DNA from: an uncultured Acidimicrobiia bacterium
Lineage (GTDB): Bacteria > Acidobacteriota > Terriglobia > Versatilivoradales > Versatilivoraceae
Reading direction: 5' to 3'
Assembly (NCBI GenBank): GCA_963786955.1
Contig: CAWBAT010000006.1
Location: 864,001-928,000, forward strand
DNA: 64,000 bases
Shown here piece by piece: positions 32,549 to 43,829 of the stretch. Position numbers and translations under genes: made by a program. Numbering within the stretch: position 1 is the stretch's first letter; each line of letters starts with the position of its first letter. The notes beneath the pieces were generated by a model, which was not told the DNA's origin, searched no databases, and was given only the letters and a program-made list of their open reading frames with translations.

Positions 32549-32573
32549 CGGGTCTTCTCCTTTCCTTTCGATG

Positions 32574-33824
32574 TCATCCCGATTTCACGAAGGTCGCGAT
32601 TTCTTCCTCGGTCATCTCCTGCTGGAAACCGTCACTCATCCTTTTCAGAAGATACCGTCCTTTCTTCATTTCGTCCTCTCCCAGGATGAGAACAAACCGG
32701 GCGCCCAGTTTGTTGGCTAGCCGCATCAAACTCTTCAGGCTCCGCGCTTCAAAATCGAGCATACACCGGATGTTTCTGACACGGAAGTTACGGATCAGCC
32801 GCGTGGCGCTCTCAAAAGCCGCTTCGCCGAGGGGAGCCAGAAACAATTCGGGCCCGAACTCCTGCTGCTCCAACTTGGCTTGCTGCAAGACCAAGAGGAT
32901 TCTTTCCAGCCCTAACGCAAATCCAAAGCCTTTGGTCGGAGCTCCCCCGAGAGCTTCGGCCAACCCATCGTAGCGGCCGCCGCCAATCAAAGTATTTTGA
33001 GCGCCCAGAGCTTGACTTGTGATTTCAAACGTGGTTCGCGTATAGTAATCCAACCCTCGAACCAAGCGTGGAACCACCTTAAACGGAATCCCCCGGCTCT
33101 CCAGATAAAACAGGAATTTCTGAAAATGCGCACGACACTCCTCATCCAAAAAATCCGAAATCGAAGGGAGCGAATCAATCATCGGCTGGCAGGCAGGGAC
33201 TTTGCAATCGAGTACCCGCAGGGGATTGGTCTGCATTCGCCGCTGGCAGTCAACGCAAAAGCTCGCTGCCTTTTCCTGAATCGCTCGAGATAATACCTCC
33301 AGATAAGCCGGCCGGCATTTTGGACACCCAATCGAGTTCACCAGTAAGTCAAAGTCCTGAATGCCGATTTTCTTCAAGAACAGATCCAGCATTTCAAGAA
33401 CTTCTGCTTCAATCGCAGGATTATCAGACCCGAGGACTTCGGCGCCGATCTGATGAAACTGTCGATAACGCCCTTTCTGAGGGCGTTCCCGACGAAACAT
33501 GGGGCCCAAATAAAACAATTTCAGGATTTGCAACTCTTGATGCAAGTGATGCTCGAGGGTGGCACGCACGACGGGAGCTGTTCCTTCGGGACGTAAAGTC
33601 AGGGACTGATCGTCGCGATCTTCGAAGGTGTACATTTCTTTGGAGACGATATCTGTATCCTGTCCCACGCCGCGCGAGAAGAGCTCTGTAGATTCAAATA
33701 TGGGTGTCCGGATTTCGGAAAAGCCATAGAGCTCGAAGACCTCCCGGGCTGTGGCTTCCACCTGACTCCACAATTTTGACTCCGGCGGCAAGATATCGCG
33801 GGTCCCCTTAATTGCTTGGATCAC
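32574..33824 (-). CDS. hisS: Histidine--tRNA ligase
   Basis: [44 protein letters not shown]. Confidence 0.98.
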   Translation of the reverse strand: MIQAIKGTRDILPPESKLWSQVEATAREVFELYGFSEIRTPIFESTELFSRGVGQDTDIVSKEMYTFEDRDDQSLTLRPEGTAPVVRATLEHHLHQELQILKLFYLGPMFRRERPQKGRYRQFHQIGAEVLGSDNPAIEAEVLEMLDLFLKKIGIQDFDLLVNSIGCPKCRPAYLEVLSRAIQEKAASFCVDCQRRMQTNPLRVLDCKVPACQPMIDSLPSISDFLDEECRAHFQKFLFYLESRGIPFKVVPRLVRGLDYYTRTTFEITSQALGAQNTLIGGGRYDGLAEALGGAPTKGFGFALGLERILLVLQQAKLEQQEFGPELFLAPLGEAAFESATRLIRNFRVRNIRCMLDFEARSLKSLMRLANKLGARFVLILGEDEMKKGRYLLKRMSDGFQQEMTEEEIATFVKSG

Positions 33825-34345
33825 GATCCCTGTTCTTTTCCTTTCAAATAATTTTCCTTAACCATCAGGTAATTCTGGGCGTAGCGATCAATACCCTGCA
33901 CTTCTGCGGGGGTCAATTCCCGGACAACCGTTGCGGGGGAGCCAAGTACCAGACTCCGAGGGGGAACTTGAAGCCCCATGGTCACGAGGGCGCCAGCACC
34001 TACAATGGAGCCTTCTCCGATCACGGCTTGGTCCATGACGATGGCGCCCATGCCGATCAGACAATGTGACCGAACGGTGCACCCATGCAGGATGACGCCA
34101 TGGGCTACCGTCACATAATCTCCAACTACTGTGGCAAAACGGTCGCGGGTGACATGCAAAATACAACCATCTTGAATGTTAGAGCATTTCCCGATTCGTA
34201 TAAAATAGACGTCTCCCCTGACGACCGAATTGAACCACACGCTGGAATGGTCACCAATCTCGACGTCCCCAATGACTTGAGCGCTTTCTTCGATCAGCAC
34301 ACCTTCGCCAATTTTGGGGAATTTATCGAGATAACCGCGGATCAT
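33821..34345 (-). CDS. Gamma carbonic anhydrase family protein
   Basis: IGDVEIG...VVRGDV...SNIQDGCILH...VAHGVILHGC hexapeptide repeats; likely start ATG 34345. Confidence 0.92.
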   Translation of the reverse strand: MIRGYLDKFPKIGEGVLIEESAQVIGDVEIGDHSSVWFNSVVRGDVYFIRIGKCSNIQDGCILHVTRDRFATVVGDYVTVAHGVILHGCTVRSHCLIGMGAIVMDQAVIGEGSIVGAGALVTMGLQVPPRSLVLGSPATVVRELTPAEVQGIDRYAQNYLMVKENYLKGKEQGS

Positions 34346-34517
34346 TCCATTCCAGGTCGAGGAGAATCCAGAGTCACCGATTTCAGGGCGCACTCGGGAC
34401 ATCAATTTGCGGGAATTGGCGCCTGCCCAGTCACCGGTAAAACGAGGTCCGCAGGGCTCAGGCGCCAGAATATTAACGTCATTCACAAGAAGCCGGCACT
34501 CGCCGGGCATCCCATTC

Positions 34518-35147
34518 TTACTTCTTCACATACTTAAGAAAGCGCGCTTCGATTCGGCCCCAGTGCAGCTTAGCCAGAAAATTGTCAATGTATTTGGCAC
34601 GCGCCGGCCCATCTTTATGATAATAAGCATGCTCAAAAACATCACAGGAAATCAAAGGGATGCCGCCCCAGATCGCGCCGTATTGGTGTTCATCGACCAG
34701 CACGTTCAACAACCGTTGGGAATACAACGCATCATAAACCAGCAATCCCCAGCCACTGAGCTTGGCTGAGACAGCAGCGGCCTTGAAATCAGCTTTCCAG
34801 TTGTCAATGGACCCGTATTCAGAGGCCAATGCCGCAGACAGCTTTGGAGCCTTGGACACATCTCCATCTCCGCCCATTACTTCCCAATAGACATCATGAA
34901 GCAATGCCCCGGCATGATTCCAGGTGAACCGGCGTTTCAATTCCCCTATCTGACTGTAATTCCCGTTGGCTTTGGAACGGTCTGCGGTCTCCATTTCCTT
35001 CTCAATATTGTTGAGAAAGGTCACGTATCCCTTGTGGTGAGTGTTGTAATGCCAATCTGTGGTTTCCACAGACACCACATCTTTTAATAATTCCTTGGCA
35101 TCAGCATCCGAGTACGGTCGTGGATTAAACTTCCATTCATAGGCCAT
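34518..35147 (-). CDS. sod: Fe/Mn superoxide dismutase family protein
   Basis: HYNTHHKGYV, HDVYW, DVFEHAYY metal ligands; RBS AGGAG. Confidence 0.88.
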   Translation of the reverse strand: MAYEWKFNPRPYSDADAKELLKDVVSVETTDWHYNTHHKGYVTFLNNIEKEMETADRSKANGNYSQIGELKRRFTWNHAGALLHDVYWEVMGGDGDVSKAPKLSAALASEYGSIDNWKADFKAAAVSAKLSGWGLLVYDALYSQRLLNVLVDEHQYGAIWGGIPLISCDVFEHAYYHKDGPARAKYIDNFLAKLHWGRIEARFLKYVKK

Positions 35148-35368
35148 GTCATTGTCTCCTTAGACGTAAAAATGTCGAGAATGTTAAATTATGGGACGGA
35201 GCTCGTCACTGCCGAGGCTCGGAGTTCATCGGGTATATTAATGTCGGATCCCAGGGGTGTCAACTTGACGCCCCTGATCCCCAAGCAGTCTGAAGATACA
35301 CTGTTTCTCTGTACCGCAAGGAAGCTGGGGTCGCGGACTCCGCCTGATCTCCTTGCGAGTCCCGAAAT

Positions 35369-35519
35369 CTAAGTACTTCTATTCATAAATCCGTTGATGT
35401 TAACGCCGGGTCAGCGACCCGGCCTACAACTATGTAGGCTTGGGGGTTTCTCAAAGCCCCAACCTCACGCGGCGTCTATCCTAAGATACGTTACCGTAAC
35501 TAAGAATAGCAGTCCTAAG
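35369..35519. mobile_element. MITE-like element (inverted copy of the 5593/37251 family)
   Basis: CTAAGTACTTCTATTCATAA ... GAATAGCAGTCCTAAG with core GCCGGGTCAGCGACCCGGCCTAC. Confidence 0.7.
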
Positions 35520-35545
35520 CATTGGATGATCGAACATCTTCTTCC

Positions 35546-36544
35546 TCAAAATGCCCAGCGAAGGAGAGATGCCCCTACCGTGAATCCGGCTCCAACTGAG
35601 GCCAGCAGCACCAGATCTCCTTTCTTGAGTCGTTGTTCCGCGATGGCATCCTGCATGGCCAGAGGAATCGTCGCCGCCGTTGTATTCCCATATTTTTGAA
35701 GATTGATAACGACTTGATCATCCCGAAGCCCTAATCGCTCCGCCGTTCCCCGGATGATGCGAGCATTAGCTTGATGGGGAATCAGCAATCCGATATCCGC
35801 TGGCTTGAAAACATTCCTTTCAAGAATTAAACGGCTGATTTCTTCCATTTTCCGAGTGGCATATTTGAATACAGCCGGTCCATCCTGTTTGACGTAATGC
35901 AACCGGTTCTTTACGGTATCGCAACTAGGAGGTAGCAGGCTGCCACCGGCCGGCATATTTAAGGACTTGCCCCCAGAGCCATCCACTTCTTGATAGAAAT
36001 CGATAATAGAATTTGTGCTTTCTTTAGCGGGCTCCAATAAGACGGCCCCGGCCCCATCCCCAAAAATCACGCAGGTGGCCCTATCTTCATAGTCAATGAT
36101 GCTGGACATCTTGTCGGCCCCGACGACAACCACTTTGGAATAAATCCCCGCCGCGACGAAGGAATGCCCGACGGACAGCCCATAAACAAATCCGCAGCAA
36201 GCGGCCGAAAGGTCAAATCCCCAGGTCTTCGGGATGCCGAGCTTGTCCTGCACCAGGCAAGCGGTCGAAGGAAAAAACATGTCGGGGGTAACGGTCGCCA
36301 CAATCAAGAGCTCAATCTCTTTGAGATCCAGCCCGGTATTCAAGCAAAGCTGCCTGACGGCCTCGACCGCCATATCCGATGTGCCCTTCCCTTTCTCAAG
36401 AAGGCGGCGCTCTGAAATTCCTGTGCGTTGTAGAATCCACTCATCGTCGGTGTCCACAATCTCTGCAAGATCATGATTCGTCAGAACCCGATCGGGAACA
36501 TAACACCCGACACCACTAATCTGTACCGGATTAACCGATTTCAT
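35546..36544 (-). CDS. fabH: Beta-ketoacyl-ACP synthase III
   Basis: DLSAACCGF, FGDGAGA, PHQANARII, YGNTTAATIP. Confidence 0.95.
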   Translation of the reverse strand: MKSVNPVQISGVGCYVPDRVLTNHDLAEIVDTDDEWILQRTGISERRLLEKGKGTSDMAVEAVRQLCLNTGLDLKEIELLIVATVTPDMFFPSTACLVQDKLGIPKTWGFDLSAACCGFVYGLSVGHSFVAAGIYSKVVVVGADKMSSIIDYEDRATCVIFGDGAGAVLLEPAKESTNSIIDFYQEVDGSGGKSLNMPAGGSLLPPSCDTVKNRLHYVKQDGPAVFKYATRKMEEISRLILERNVFKPADIGLLIPHQANARIIRGTAERLGLRDDQVVINLQKYGNTTAATIPLAMQDAIAEQRLKKGDLVLLASVGAGFTVGASLLRWAF

Positions 36545-36831
36545 CGAGAAAGCTCTCCATTCTGAGCGTTGTCTGCATCGCTATAATCTATTGAATAACG
36601 ATCCCAACCGAGCCGACCTATCTTATGGCAAGCAAGAGGAAATGTAAACGACTGGAATTGATTGGGATCAAACTCTCAGGGGAATGCCTTTGACTTAGTC
36701 AATCGGGGCTGTGATATCTGTTTTTTCAGCCGTTTTTGGTACAACCATCCGGGCCATCACTGGCCATAGCTCGGAGCAGACCCGATCCTCGCAGGGAAAA
36801 GTATCTCTAATTTGTAGGGCAGGAATGAATC

Positions 36832-37218
36832 ATGAGCATGAGTTTTAATCGATTTTTTTCCATTAAACAAGCGAATGCCTTGATCCCCCAGCTCAGGGAG
36901 ATGCTGACGCAAGTGAGAATCGAACGAGAGCGAATGTTGGCAATGCAACCGGAATTGGAAAAGGCCCAGAGCCACCATATTTACGATTGGGGGACTCCCA
37001 AAGGCCCCGAATACATCCGGATCCTCGAGGCTCACCAGAATGCCGTTAGGAATATTGAAGACTTAGGAGTTCTGGTGAAAGACTTTGATATTGGTTTATG
37101 CGATTTCCCGCACAAAAAGGGCGGACGGATTGTTTTCTTGTGTTGGAAACAAGACGAGGACGAAGTCTCGTGGTGGCATGATTTGGAATCCGGCTTTGCG
37201 GGCCGCCAACCGCTTTAA
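36832..37218 (+). CDS. DUF2203 family protein
   Basis: FSIKQANALIP...GVLVKD...GLCDFP...VFLCWKQDE...WWH...GFAGRQPL. Confidence 0.85.
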   Translation: MSMSFNRFFSIKQANALIPQLREMLTQVRIERERMLAMQPELEKAQSHHIYDWGTPKGPEYIRILEAHQNAVRNIEDLGVLVKDFDIGLCDFPHKKGGRIVFLCWKQDEDEVSWWHDLESGFAGRQPL

Positions 37219-37250
37219 CTTTTCAATCGTTGTCGGTCCAAGACCCTCAG

Positions 37251-37401
37251 CTTAGATGCTTTTCATAATTCCGGTGACGTATCTTAGGATAGGCGCCGCG
37301 TGGGGTTGAGGCTTTGAGAAAGCCTCAACGGCCTACAAAGTTGTAGGCCGGGTCACCGACCCGGCGTTAACGTCACCGTAATTGCAAATAGCAGTACTTA
37401 G
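37251..37401. mobile_element. MITE-like element overlapping the murB stop codon
   Basis: CGGTGACG...GTAGGCCGGGTCACCGACCCGGCGTTAACGTCACCGTA...GCAGTACTTAG, near-identical to 5615-5726. Confidence 0.7.
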
Positions 37402-38312
37402 ACAGCAAATCCAATGAGTTCTTGCTCGAGTTCGAGATCAATTCCATACTGACGCCGTACTTCCTCCCGGACCAAACGGATGAGTGCCATCACATCCGCG
37501 GCTTGCGCATCTCCGAGATTGACAATGATCCCTGCATGCTTCGGCGAGATTTGAGCGCCTCCAACTCTTTTCCCCTTAAGCCCTAATTCTTCGATGAGCT
37601 TCCCCACATAATGTCCCGGGGGGCGCTTAAAGACACTCCCTGCGGAAGGATACTGCCAAGGCTGCTTCTCATGCCGTCTGGACAGGATATCTTGGCGCGT
37701 GAGGAAGAGACTTTCTTTCTCCCCGTTGAGAAAATTAAACGTGCAACTGAGAATATATTTGTCCTGAATCGCTGGGGCACTGCGATATGAGAACCCCACA
37801 TCTGTTTTATCCAGCCTGAGGTGATTTCCCATCGGATCCATACACTCTACGCTAAGCATGAAGTCCGAGATCTCTGCTTCAAAAGCGCCCGCATTCATTC
37901 GAAGAGCTCCTCCCAGTGTTCCGGGTATCCCTGAGAGCTTTTCCAAACCGGATAAGCCGCGTTTTAAGCATTCCACAACGAGTTCATCCAGGACTAGTCC
38001 GGCTCCTGCCAAGACCCTCGATCCATTGAATTCCAACTGGTTAAAGTTCTTCAAGTGAACGGCCACCCCGTCAAATCCTGAGTCTGAAATCAGCACATTA
38101 GCCCCGCCACCAAGAACGAACATCGGAATGCGATGACTTCGAATCCAGTGGTTCAGAATATGCAACTCTTTCAAATTGGCCGGGCATACAAAGAGTTTCG
38201 CAGGACCGCCAATCCGATAGGTGGTTTTATGCTTGAGCGGTTCGTTTTCCAGAACCTCCCCGCCAAACTGTTCTGTTAATTCATCTTTGAGCTTTCGAAC
38301 CCAGTCGTTCAT
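37398..38312 (-). CDS. murB: UDP-N-acetylenolpyruvoylglucosamine reductase
   Basis: TYRIGGPA, LGGGANVL, IPGTLGGALRMNAGA, FSYR, PSAGSVFKRP, GGAQISPKHA. Confidence 0.96.
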   Translation of the reverse strand: MNDWVRKLKDELTEQFGGEVLENEPLKHKTTYRIGGPAKLFVCPANLKELHILNHWIRSHRIPMFVLGGGANVLISDSGFDGVAVHLKNFNQLEFNGSRVLAGAGLVLDELVVECLKRGLSGLEKLSGIPGTLGGALRMNAGAFEAEISDFMLSVECMDPMGNHLRLDKTDVGFSYRSAPAIQDKYILSCTFNFLNGEKESLFLTRQDILSRRHEKQPWQYPSAGSVFKRPPGHYVGKLIEELGLKGKRVGGAQISPKHAGIIVNLGDAQAADVMALIRLVREEVRRQYGIDLELEQELIGFAV

Positions 38313-38595
38313 CAATGGGATTATTTCACCAAGTAATCTTGTTGCACCATTCTTTTTATAAAATCAAGAGTTCAGGACCAACGATCATCTTCGTACGGAT
38401 GGAGATCTGTGCCACATGGAGCATTCCGAAACGCCGAATCAATGCAACCACTTTGCCCCTGTGACGAACATTTCTTCCGCAGAGAGCTTTCTCATTTATT
38501 ACATTACTGTGACAAATCACAGCCAAGCACCAATTATGCTCTGTTTCTTGCGCGAAAGGGTTTAGATTTGATTCTAATCACCAGGTGATAACTCA

Positions 38596-41470
38596 ATGAA
38601 GCCGAGCAGGTTCTTATGGTTTGGGGTGCTGATCCTCATCCTCAATAGTGCCTATCTATGGCCCTTGGCAGAACCCACCCTTTTTTATCTCAGCAATTTG
38701 ATACTTCATCTCCTCCTGGGTTCCCTCCTCACCATTTTTATCATTCATTATCTGTGGAGAAATTTCTCCAGTTTGTCCGGGTTGTCACGTGCGGGGTTGA
38801 TTTTGTTCCTTGTCTCCTCGATTCCGGCTTTCGTTCTGATGAAGATTGGAGCGTTGACGCCTTATCGCTGGATTTTGAAGACTCACATCGCCATCGCCGT
38901 CCTTTCCGTGCTTTTGCTTGGGCTCGCATTGAAATCCCTGCTCAATCGAGGTCTTGCGAAAGGGGTACCCTCTCTCCGCCTTGCGTGGCTCGGCTATACC
39001 ATCATCTTGCCAGTCCTCTTCTTATTCCCGGCAGGTGTCAAGACCTATCAACATTTTTTCCCAGACCCATCGGATCACATACAGAATCCCACAATGGCTC
39101 CAACTTCTATGGATGAAGAAGGGGGAGGAAGGCAAAGTCCTTTCTACCCTTCATCGGCTAACACAACTACCGGGAAGACGATCCCGTCGAACTTCTTCAT
39201 GACTTCAGAGACCTGCAAGCGCTGTCACGCCGACATTTACGAACAGTGGGACTCATCCATGCATCATTTCTCCTCTTTCAATAACCAATGGTACCGAAAG
39301 TCGATCGAGTACATGCAGGACACAGTGGGCGTAAAATCCTCGAAATGGTGTGCCGGCTGTCATGACCACGCGGTATTTTTCAACGGGCGGTTTGATACTC
39401 CCATCAAGGAGCAAATCAACACTCCTGAAGCACAAGCGGGTTTGGCCTGCACTTCGTGTCATTCGATTGTGAAGGTGAACGACACCATGGGGAATGGAGG
39501 ATTTGTCATTGAATACCCGCCACTCCACGACATGGCAGCCAGCAAGAACAAGTTTATCGAGTGGGTTCATGATTTCCTGGTCAAAGTCGATCCGGAGGCG
39601 CACAAAAAGGTCTTCATGAAACCTTTTCACCGCGAAAACACGGCCCAGATGTGTTCTTCCTGTCACAAGGTCCATTTGGATGTTCCTGTAAACGCCTATC
39701 GTTGGCAGCGCGGCTTTAATGATTATGATAACTGGCAGGCCAGCGGTGTCTCAGGGCAGGGAGCCCGATCCTTTTACTACCCGAAGCAATCGATGAAATG
39801 TGTGGATTGCCACATGCCGCTGGTTCCTTCCAATGATTTTGGGAACATCAACGGGAAAGTACACTCCCATCGATTCCCTGCGGCCAACACCGCGGTTCCA
39901 CTGGCAAACGGGGATCAGAAGCAATTAGACACGGTCATCGAGTTCTTGAAGAACAAGCATGTCTCAGTTGACATTTTTGCCCTTGCCAGATCCCAAGGGT
40001 CTGGCGGCAACGAAGAACCCGCAGCCCAGAAGAAAGGCGCTGACGCCCTGCAGCTTTCAAGCACTTTCGCAATCGGCGAAGAATCTGAGTCGTTTGGCAC
40101 CACCACTCCTGCGAGCGCTCCCGCTGTCGAATTCTTGGCTCCGATTGAGAAAGTTGCCCCCGTCGTTCGTCGAGGCGACTCCGTCCGTGTCGATGTCGTC
40201 GCCCGAACGCGCACCGTGGGCCATTTTTTTCCAGGCGGAACCGTTGATGCCTTTGATGTGTGGATGGAGCTTCAAGCAGTGGACGACAAAGGTCGGATCA
40301 TCTTTTGGAGTGGCAAGGTGGACGATGGAGGGAATGGCCCTGTCGAATCCGGCGCTCATTTTTATCGCTCTTACCTCTTAGACGAGCGCGGCAATCACAT
40401 CAACAAGCGCAACGCCTGGGCCGCCCGCTCTGTTCTCTACGTCCGGCTCATCCCTCCAGGAGCCGCGGACACAGCCCACTTCCGGCTGAACGTTCCAGAA
40501 ACTGCCGGAGATCGGATCACCTTGAAAGCCAAGCTGAACTACCGGAAGTTTGCCTGGTGGAACACGCAATGGTCTTTTGCGGGGATTCGCGACCCCCTCG
40601 ATACCGAGTTTGGCCTGGATAAGGCGTACGATGATGGGCACTGGGTCTTCAAAGGCGACCTTTCTCAAGTTTCGGCCAAGTTGAAATCGATTCCCAACCT
40701 CCCCATTGTCACGATGGCCGAAGACCAGAAGGAAATTCGTGTCATGGATAAGAAGTCCAGGTTGCCTGAAGTGAACTCCATTTATTCCAAAGAAGACCTT
40801 TTCCGTTGGAACGATTACGGAATCGGATTACTGTTACAAGGGGACTTGAAGGCAGCTGAGGCTGTGTTCTTAAGGGTCACAGAGATTGACCCGACTTATG
40901 CTGATGGGTGGGTGAACGTCGGCCGGGTGCGCGTCCAGGAAGGAAACACGGCCGGCGCCCAAGAAGTGTTGAAAAAAGCCCTGGAGATTGATGGAGAGCT
41001 TGCCAAATCGCATTACTTTTACGCCTTGACTCTCAAGACTCAAGGAAAGTATGACGAGGCGTTGACTCATCTGCGTAAGGCTCTCTCCAAATACCCTCGC
41101 GATCGGGTGGTCCGAAACCAAGCGGGAAGAATTACTCTTTCTGAAACGCCAGTACTCAGAGGCGATTCAGGAATTCCAAGAGACTCTGAGAGTGGATCCT
41201 GAAGATCTCCAAGCCCATTACAATTTGATGCTTTGCTACCAAGGTCTCGGGAATACTGAAATGGCTGATCGCGAAAGAAAGCTCTATCTTCGCTTTAAAG
41301 CCGATGAATCGGCTCAATTTATTACGGGCCCCGTCCGTTTACGGCATCCAGAAGCAAATAACGAGCGACTTCCTATCCATGAGCACCGCTCTGTTCCATT
41401 GGAGACGGTGAGAGCACCTGTGCGAAAAACTCATTCGGAAACTAAACAACTCGCACGCATTGCGGAATAG
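38596..41470 (+). CDS. Membrane-anchored multiheme (5 CxxCH) cytochrome c with C-terminal TPRs; one frameshift ~41135
   Basis: N-terminal TM helices; CKRCH, CAGCH, CTSCH, CSSCH, CVDCH; TPRs continue into ORF 41192-41470 (DPEDLQAHYNLMLCY). Confidence 0.87.
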
Positions 41471-41550
41471 TTGGTTTTTGGTTTCGAAGCAGGAATCACA
41501 ATGAAAAGTACCCAGGCTCTTCTTCGCTTTTGCAAGAAAGGAATAATTCA

Positions 41551-43302
41551 GTGACACCCTTTGCTGCTCGACCCATGAAAGGATTCATTCCATTGTCGGC
41601 GGCTTTGTTTTTTCTGCTGATCCTGATTCCTTCAGCCCAAATTGAAACGAAGCGCGCCCCATCAAAACCTCAACCCCCTGCCTTTCCGGTCCAACTCCGG
41701 GATATCACCAAACAGGCCGGAATTCTTTTCCAGCACAATACCGGAGGCTTTGGGAAGAAATACCTCCCGGAAACCATGGGATCGGGTTGTGCATTTATCG
41801 ATTACAACAACGACGGGTGGCAGGATATCTTGTTAGTGAATGGGATGGATTGGCCCGGACACAAACGCCGCACGAGTTATCCCGCACTCTACCGGAATAA
41901 TAAGAATGGGACCTTCATCGATGTGACCAAGGAATCAGGCCTCGCGGTTGAAATGTACGGGATGGGGGTTGCCATAGGAGATTTCGATAATGACGGTTTG
42001 GATGACATCTTCATTAGTGCTCTTGGCCCGGATCACTTGTTTAAGAACCTCGGCAATGGCAAATTTGTTGAAGTCACCCAGAAGGCCGGGTTGGCCAATG
42101 CGGATTACGGATCCAGCGCCGCTTGGCTCGATTACGACAAGGATGGCGATCTTGACCTTTTCGTCTGTAATTACGTTCAATGGACCGTTCAAACCGACAT
42201 CTATTGTTCGTTGGATGGAGTGAGCAAGTCTTATTGTACGCCCGAAAGCTATAAAGGCGCATCCTGCCGCCTCTATCAGAATCAAGGGAATGGGACATTT
42301 CAGGATGTCACGCAGAAAGCCGGTCTGCTGGATCCTTCCAGCAAAGCCTTAGGAGTAGCCGTTTTCGATGCCAACAACGACGGCTGGATGGATCTGGTAG
42401 TCGCCAATGATACGCAACCCAATAAACTCTATATCAACAACAAGAATGGTACCTTCACGGAAAAGGGGGTTCCTGCGGGGATCGCTTTCAGTGAAGACGG
42501 CACCGTGCGGGGAGCCATGGGGATCGACGCAGTCGACTATGACGGATCCGGTTCAGCCAGTTTACTGATCGCCAATTTCTCCAACGAAATGCTCAATCTC
42601 TACCATAACGAAGGAGGAAAAGGACTTTTTGTCGACGAGGCTCCGACCTCTGCCGTTGGGCAGGCAAGTCTGCTGACTCTGGCCTTCGGGTGTTTCTTCT
42701 TCGATCTGGACCTGGATGGAAAGCAGGACATTTTCGTAGTCAACGGTCACGTTGAAAATGACATCAACAAAGTTCAGAAACGGGTGACTTATGCCCAACC
42801 TCCCCTTCTTTTTCAAAACCGGGGAAATAAACAGTTTGTGGAGATTACCCCGCTTGTTGGACCTGCCATGAAGATCGCTCGTGTCGCTCGCGGCGCTGCC
42901 TATGGGGACATCGATAACGACGGCGACCTGGACGTGCTCATCTCCGTAAACGGAGGCCCGGCCGTCTTATTGCGCAATGACGGAGGCAATGCCAATCATT
43001 ATTTGAGAATCAAGACGATTGGAACCAAGAGTAATCGGGACGGAATCGGAGCCGTGGTTCGCTTGAAACTCCCTTCTGGAAATCCTTGGCTGATGGTCAA
43101 AAGCGGCAGTAGTTATTGCTCGCAAAACGAGCTGCCGCTGACATTCGGTCTGGGAAACCTCGACCGGGTTCCTTCGATCGAAGTGATCTGGCCAAGCGGC
43201 ATCGTCGACCGAATCAGCAACGTAGCCGCGAACCAGTTTGTGACCATCAAAGAAGGAACTGGCCGCGCCGAGACATGGGCTGTGACAAAACCGACAAAAT
43301 AG
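41551..43302 (+). CDS. CRTAC1-like FG-GAP repeat / ASPIC-UnbV protein
   Basis: YLPETMGSGCAFIDYNNDG, repeated DxDxDGxxD loops, RGAAYGDIDNDGDLD, SNRDGIGA, GSSYCSQ..LTFGLG, WPSG; start uncertain (41530/41551/41575). Confidence 0.9.
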   Translation: MTPFAARPMKGFIPLSAALFFLLILIPSAQIETKRAPSKPQPPAFPVQLRDITKQAGILFQHNTGGFGKKYLPETMGSGCAFIDYNNDGWQDILLVNGMDWPGHKRRTSYPALYRNNKNGTFIDVTKESGLAVEMYGMGVAIGDFDNDGLDDIFISALGPDHLFKNLGNGKFVEVTQKAGLANADYGSSAAWLDYDKDGDLDLFVCNYVQWTVQTDIYCSLDGVSKSYCTPESYKGASCRLYQNQGNGTFQDVTQKAGLLDPSSKALGVAVFDANNDGWMDLVVANDTQPNKLYINNKNGTFTEKGVPAGIAFSEDGTVRGAMGIDAVDYDGSGSASLLIANFSNEMLNLYHNEGGKGLFVDEAPTSAVGQASLLTLAFGCFFFDLDLDGKQDIFVVNGHVENDINKVQKRVTYAQPPLLFQNRGNKQFVEITPLVGPAMKIARVARGAAYGDIDNDGDLDVLISVNGGPAVLLRNDGGNANHYLRIKTIGTKSNRDGIGAVVRLKLPSGNPWLMVKSGSSYCSQNELPLTFGLGNLDRVPSIEVIWPSGIVDRISNVAANQFVTIKEGTGRAETWAVTKPTK

Positions 43303-43829
43303 CTCTTCCCCAGGCATTCTCCCGTCTCTCACGGCGCAGGGCCAGCCAAAGGGAGAAAATCCAAGTCTAGAGACGATGGGCTGGCACAATTACCTAAGAC
43401 TAATTACGGCTATTCTGTTCTGACCCCAGAATGGCCACACTCGCGCGACTCAGCTCAATTCTTTTGACTCCATGCTAAAATGAGAGCATTTCTTGCAGCA
43501 GGAAGATTGTGTGCCTTGGGAATTGTGAGAAATTCCAAACTGAAAATTTCATACGATTCTTGAATCTGATAATAGGTTGCAAACAAATGGATCCATAAGG
43601 TCGAGATAGCCTCTCCAGGAGAGGCGAATTGAGAAAAGTCCCCCTTGGAAGGGGGCAGCAGCCGCAGGCTGCGGGGGATGTATTGCTCTGGAGTAACGTT
43701 ACCTCTCAGTCATCATACCTCACCCCTCCAGCGGAGGGGAATTATGACTGTCACCGATTAAATGCGACTAAGTAAGAGTAATTCGTTCAACAGTCATCCA
43801 TCGGCATTTGAGGCGAAAGGAAAATAATC

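Noticed and set aside
33821-34510. N-terminally extended gamma carbonic anhydrase
   Set aside because: The first 55 codons are not family-like; ATG 34345 gives a normal-length protein
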